From: Chiloscyllium plagiosum
Taxonomy: Eukaryota
Direction of reading: 5' to 3'
Assembly (NCBI RefSeq): GCF_004010195.1
Contig: NC_057752.1
Location: forward strand, 7,396,573-7,416,572
Length of the DNA stretch: 20,000 nucleotides
Shown: positions 19,874 to 20,000 of the stretch, one piece after another
How positions within the stretch are numbered: the first letter of the stretch is position 1
How the letters are laid out: each line of letters opens with the position of its first letter
Position numbers and translations under genes: made by a program
Notes under the pieces: model-generated
The model's input: the letters and a program-made list of their open reading frames with translations, nothing else
Database searches by the model: none
What the model was told of the DNA's origin: nothing

Positions 19874-20000
19874 GGAGAAAGTGAGGTCTGCAGATGCTGG
19901 AGATCAGAGCTGGAAATGTGTTGCTGGAAAAGCGCAGCAGGTCAGGCAACATCCAGGGAACAGGAGAATCGACGTTTCGGGCATAAGCATTCCTGAAGAA
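19874..20000 (-). mobile_element. Penelope-like terminal repeat (minus strand) with an inversion junction at ~19988; continues past the edge on the + strand
   Basis: 19874-19988 is a reverse-complement homologue of ~5510-5627. CATTCCTGAAGAA (19988-20000) matches the + orientation start of the same hammerhead region. Confidence 0.85.
19965..20000. ncRNA. Hammerhead ribozyme parts at the inversion junction
   Basis: The minus strand gives GC(TTAT)GCCC-GAAAC-GTC-GATT, with an intact GUC but no upstream CUGANGA box. The plus strand gives CATTC-CTGAAGA(19993-19999)-A, truncated by the window edge. Confidence 0.65.

Noticed and set aside
1..20000. CRISPR array, retron or prokaryotic RT-nuclease system
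   Set aside because: There is no regularly spaced repeat-spacer array or operon structure. All RT and nuclease motifs belong to eukaryotic CR1 or Penelope retroelements.

Overview
Eukaryotic, repeat-dense DNA with no recognisable intact host gene. The HE1-type SINEs with (AATCT)n tails, abundant CR1 LINEs and Penelope-like elements point to an elasmobranch (shark) genome; this is inference from recalled repeat families, not a database search. Left to right: (1) the 5' end of a young-looking L1 on the minus strand (1-378) with an open ORF1 start. (2) A four-level nested cluster at ~865-6929: old CR1 > younger CR1 (6-bp TSD) > a 625-bp solo LTR inserted into the RT FADD codons (4-bp TSD) and a 2.9-kb head-to-head Penelope-like element (15-bp TSD) > an HE1 SINE. 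(3) A mostly unassigned stretch at ~6930-10400 containing a triple nuclear-receptor half-site cluster. (4) More CR1 and SINE debris at 10400-16800, including a CR1 with SGNH-esterase ORF1 remnants. (5) A decayed Harbinger-type DNA transposon with a Myb/SANT-like ORF remnant (16967-19327). (6) A short Penelope terminal repeat with an inversion junction inside its hammerhead ribozyme motif at the right edge. The most notable signals are the Penelope-associated minimal hammerhead motifs and the two-tailed inverted architecture of the Penelope insertion. I see no evidence for a wholly new multi-gene system.
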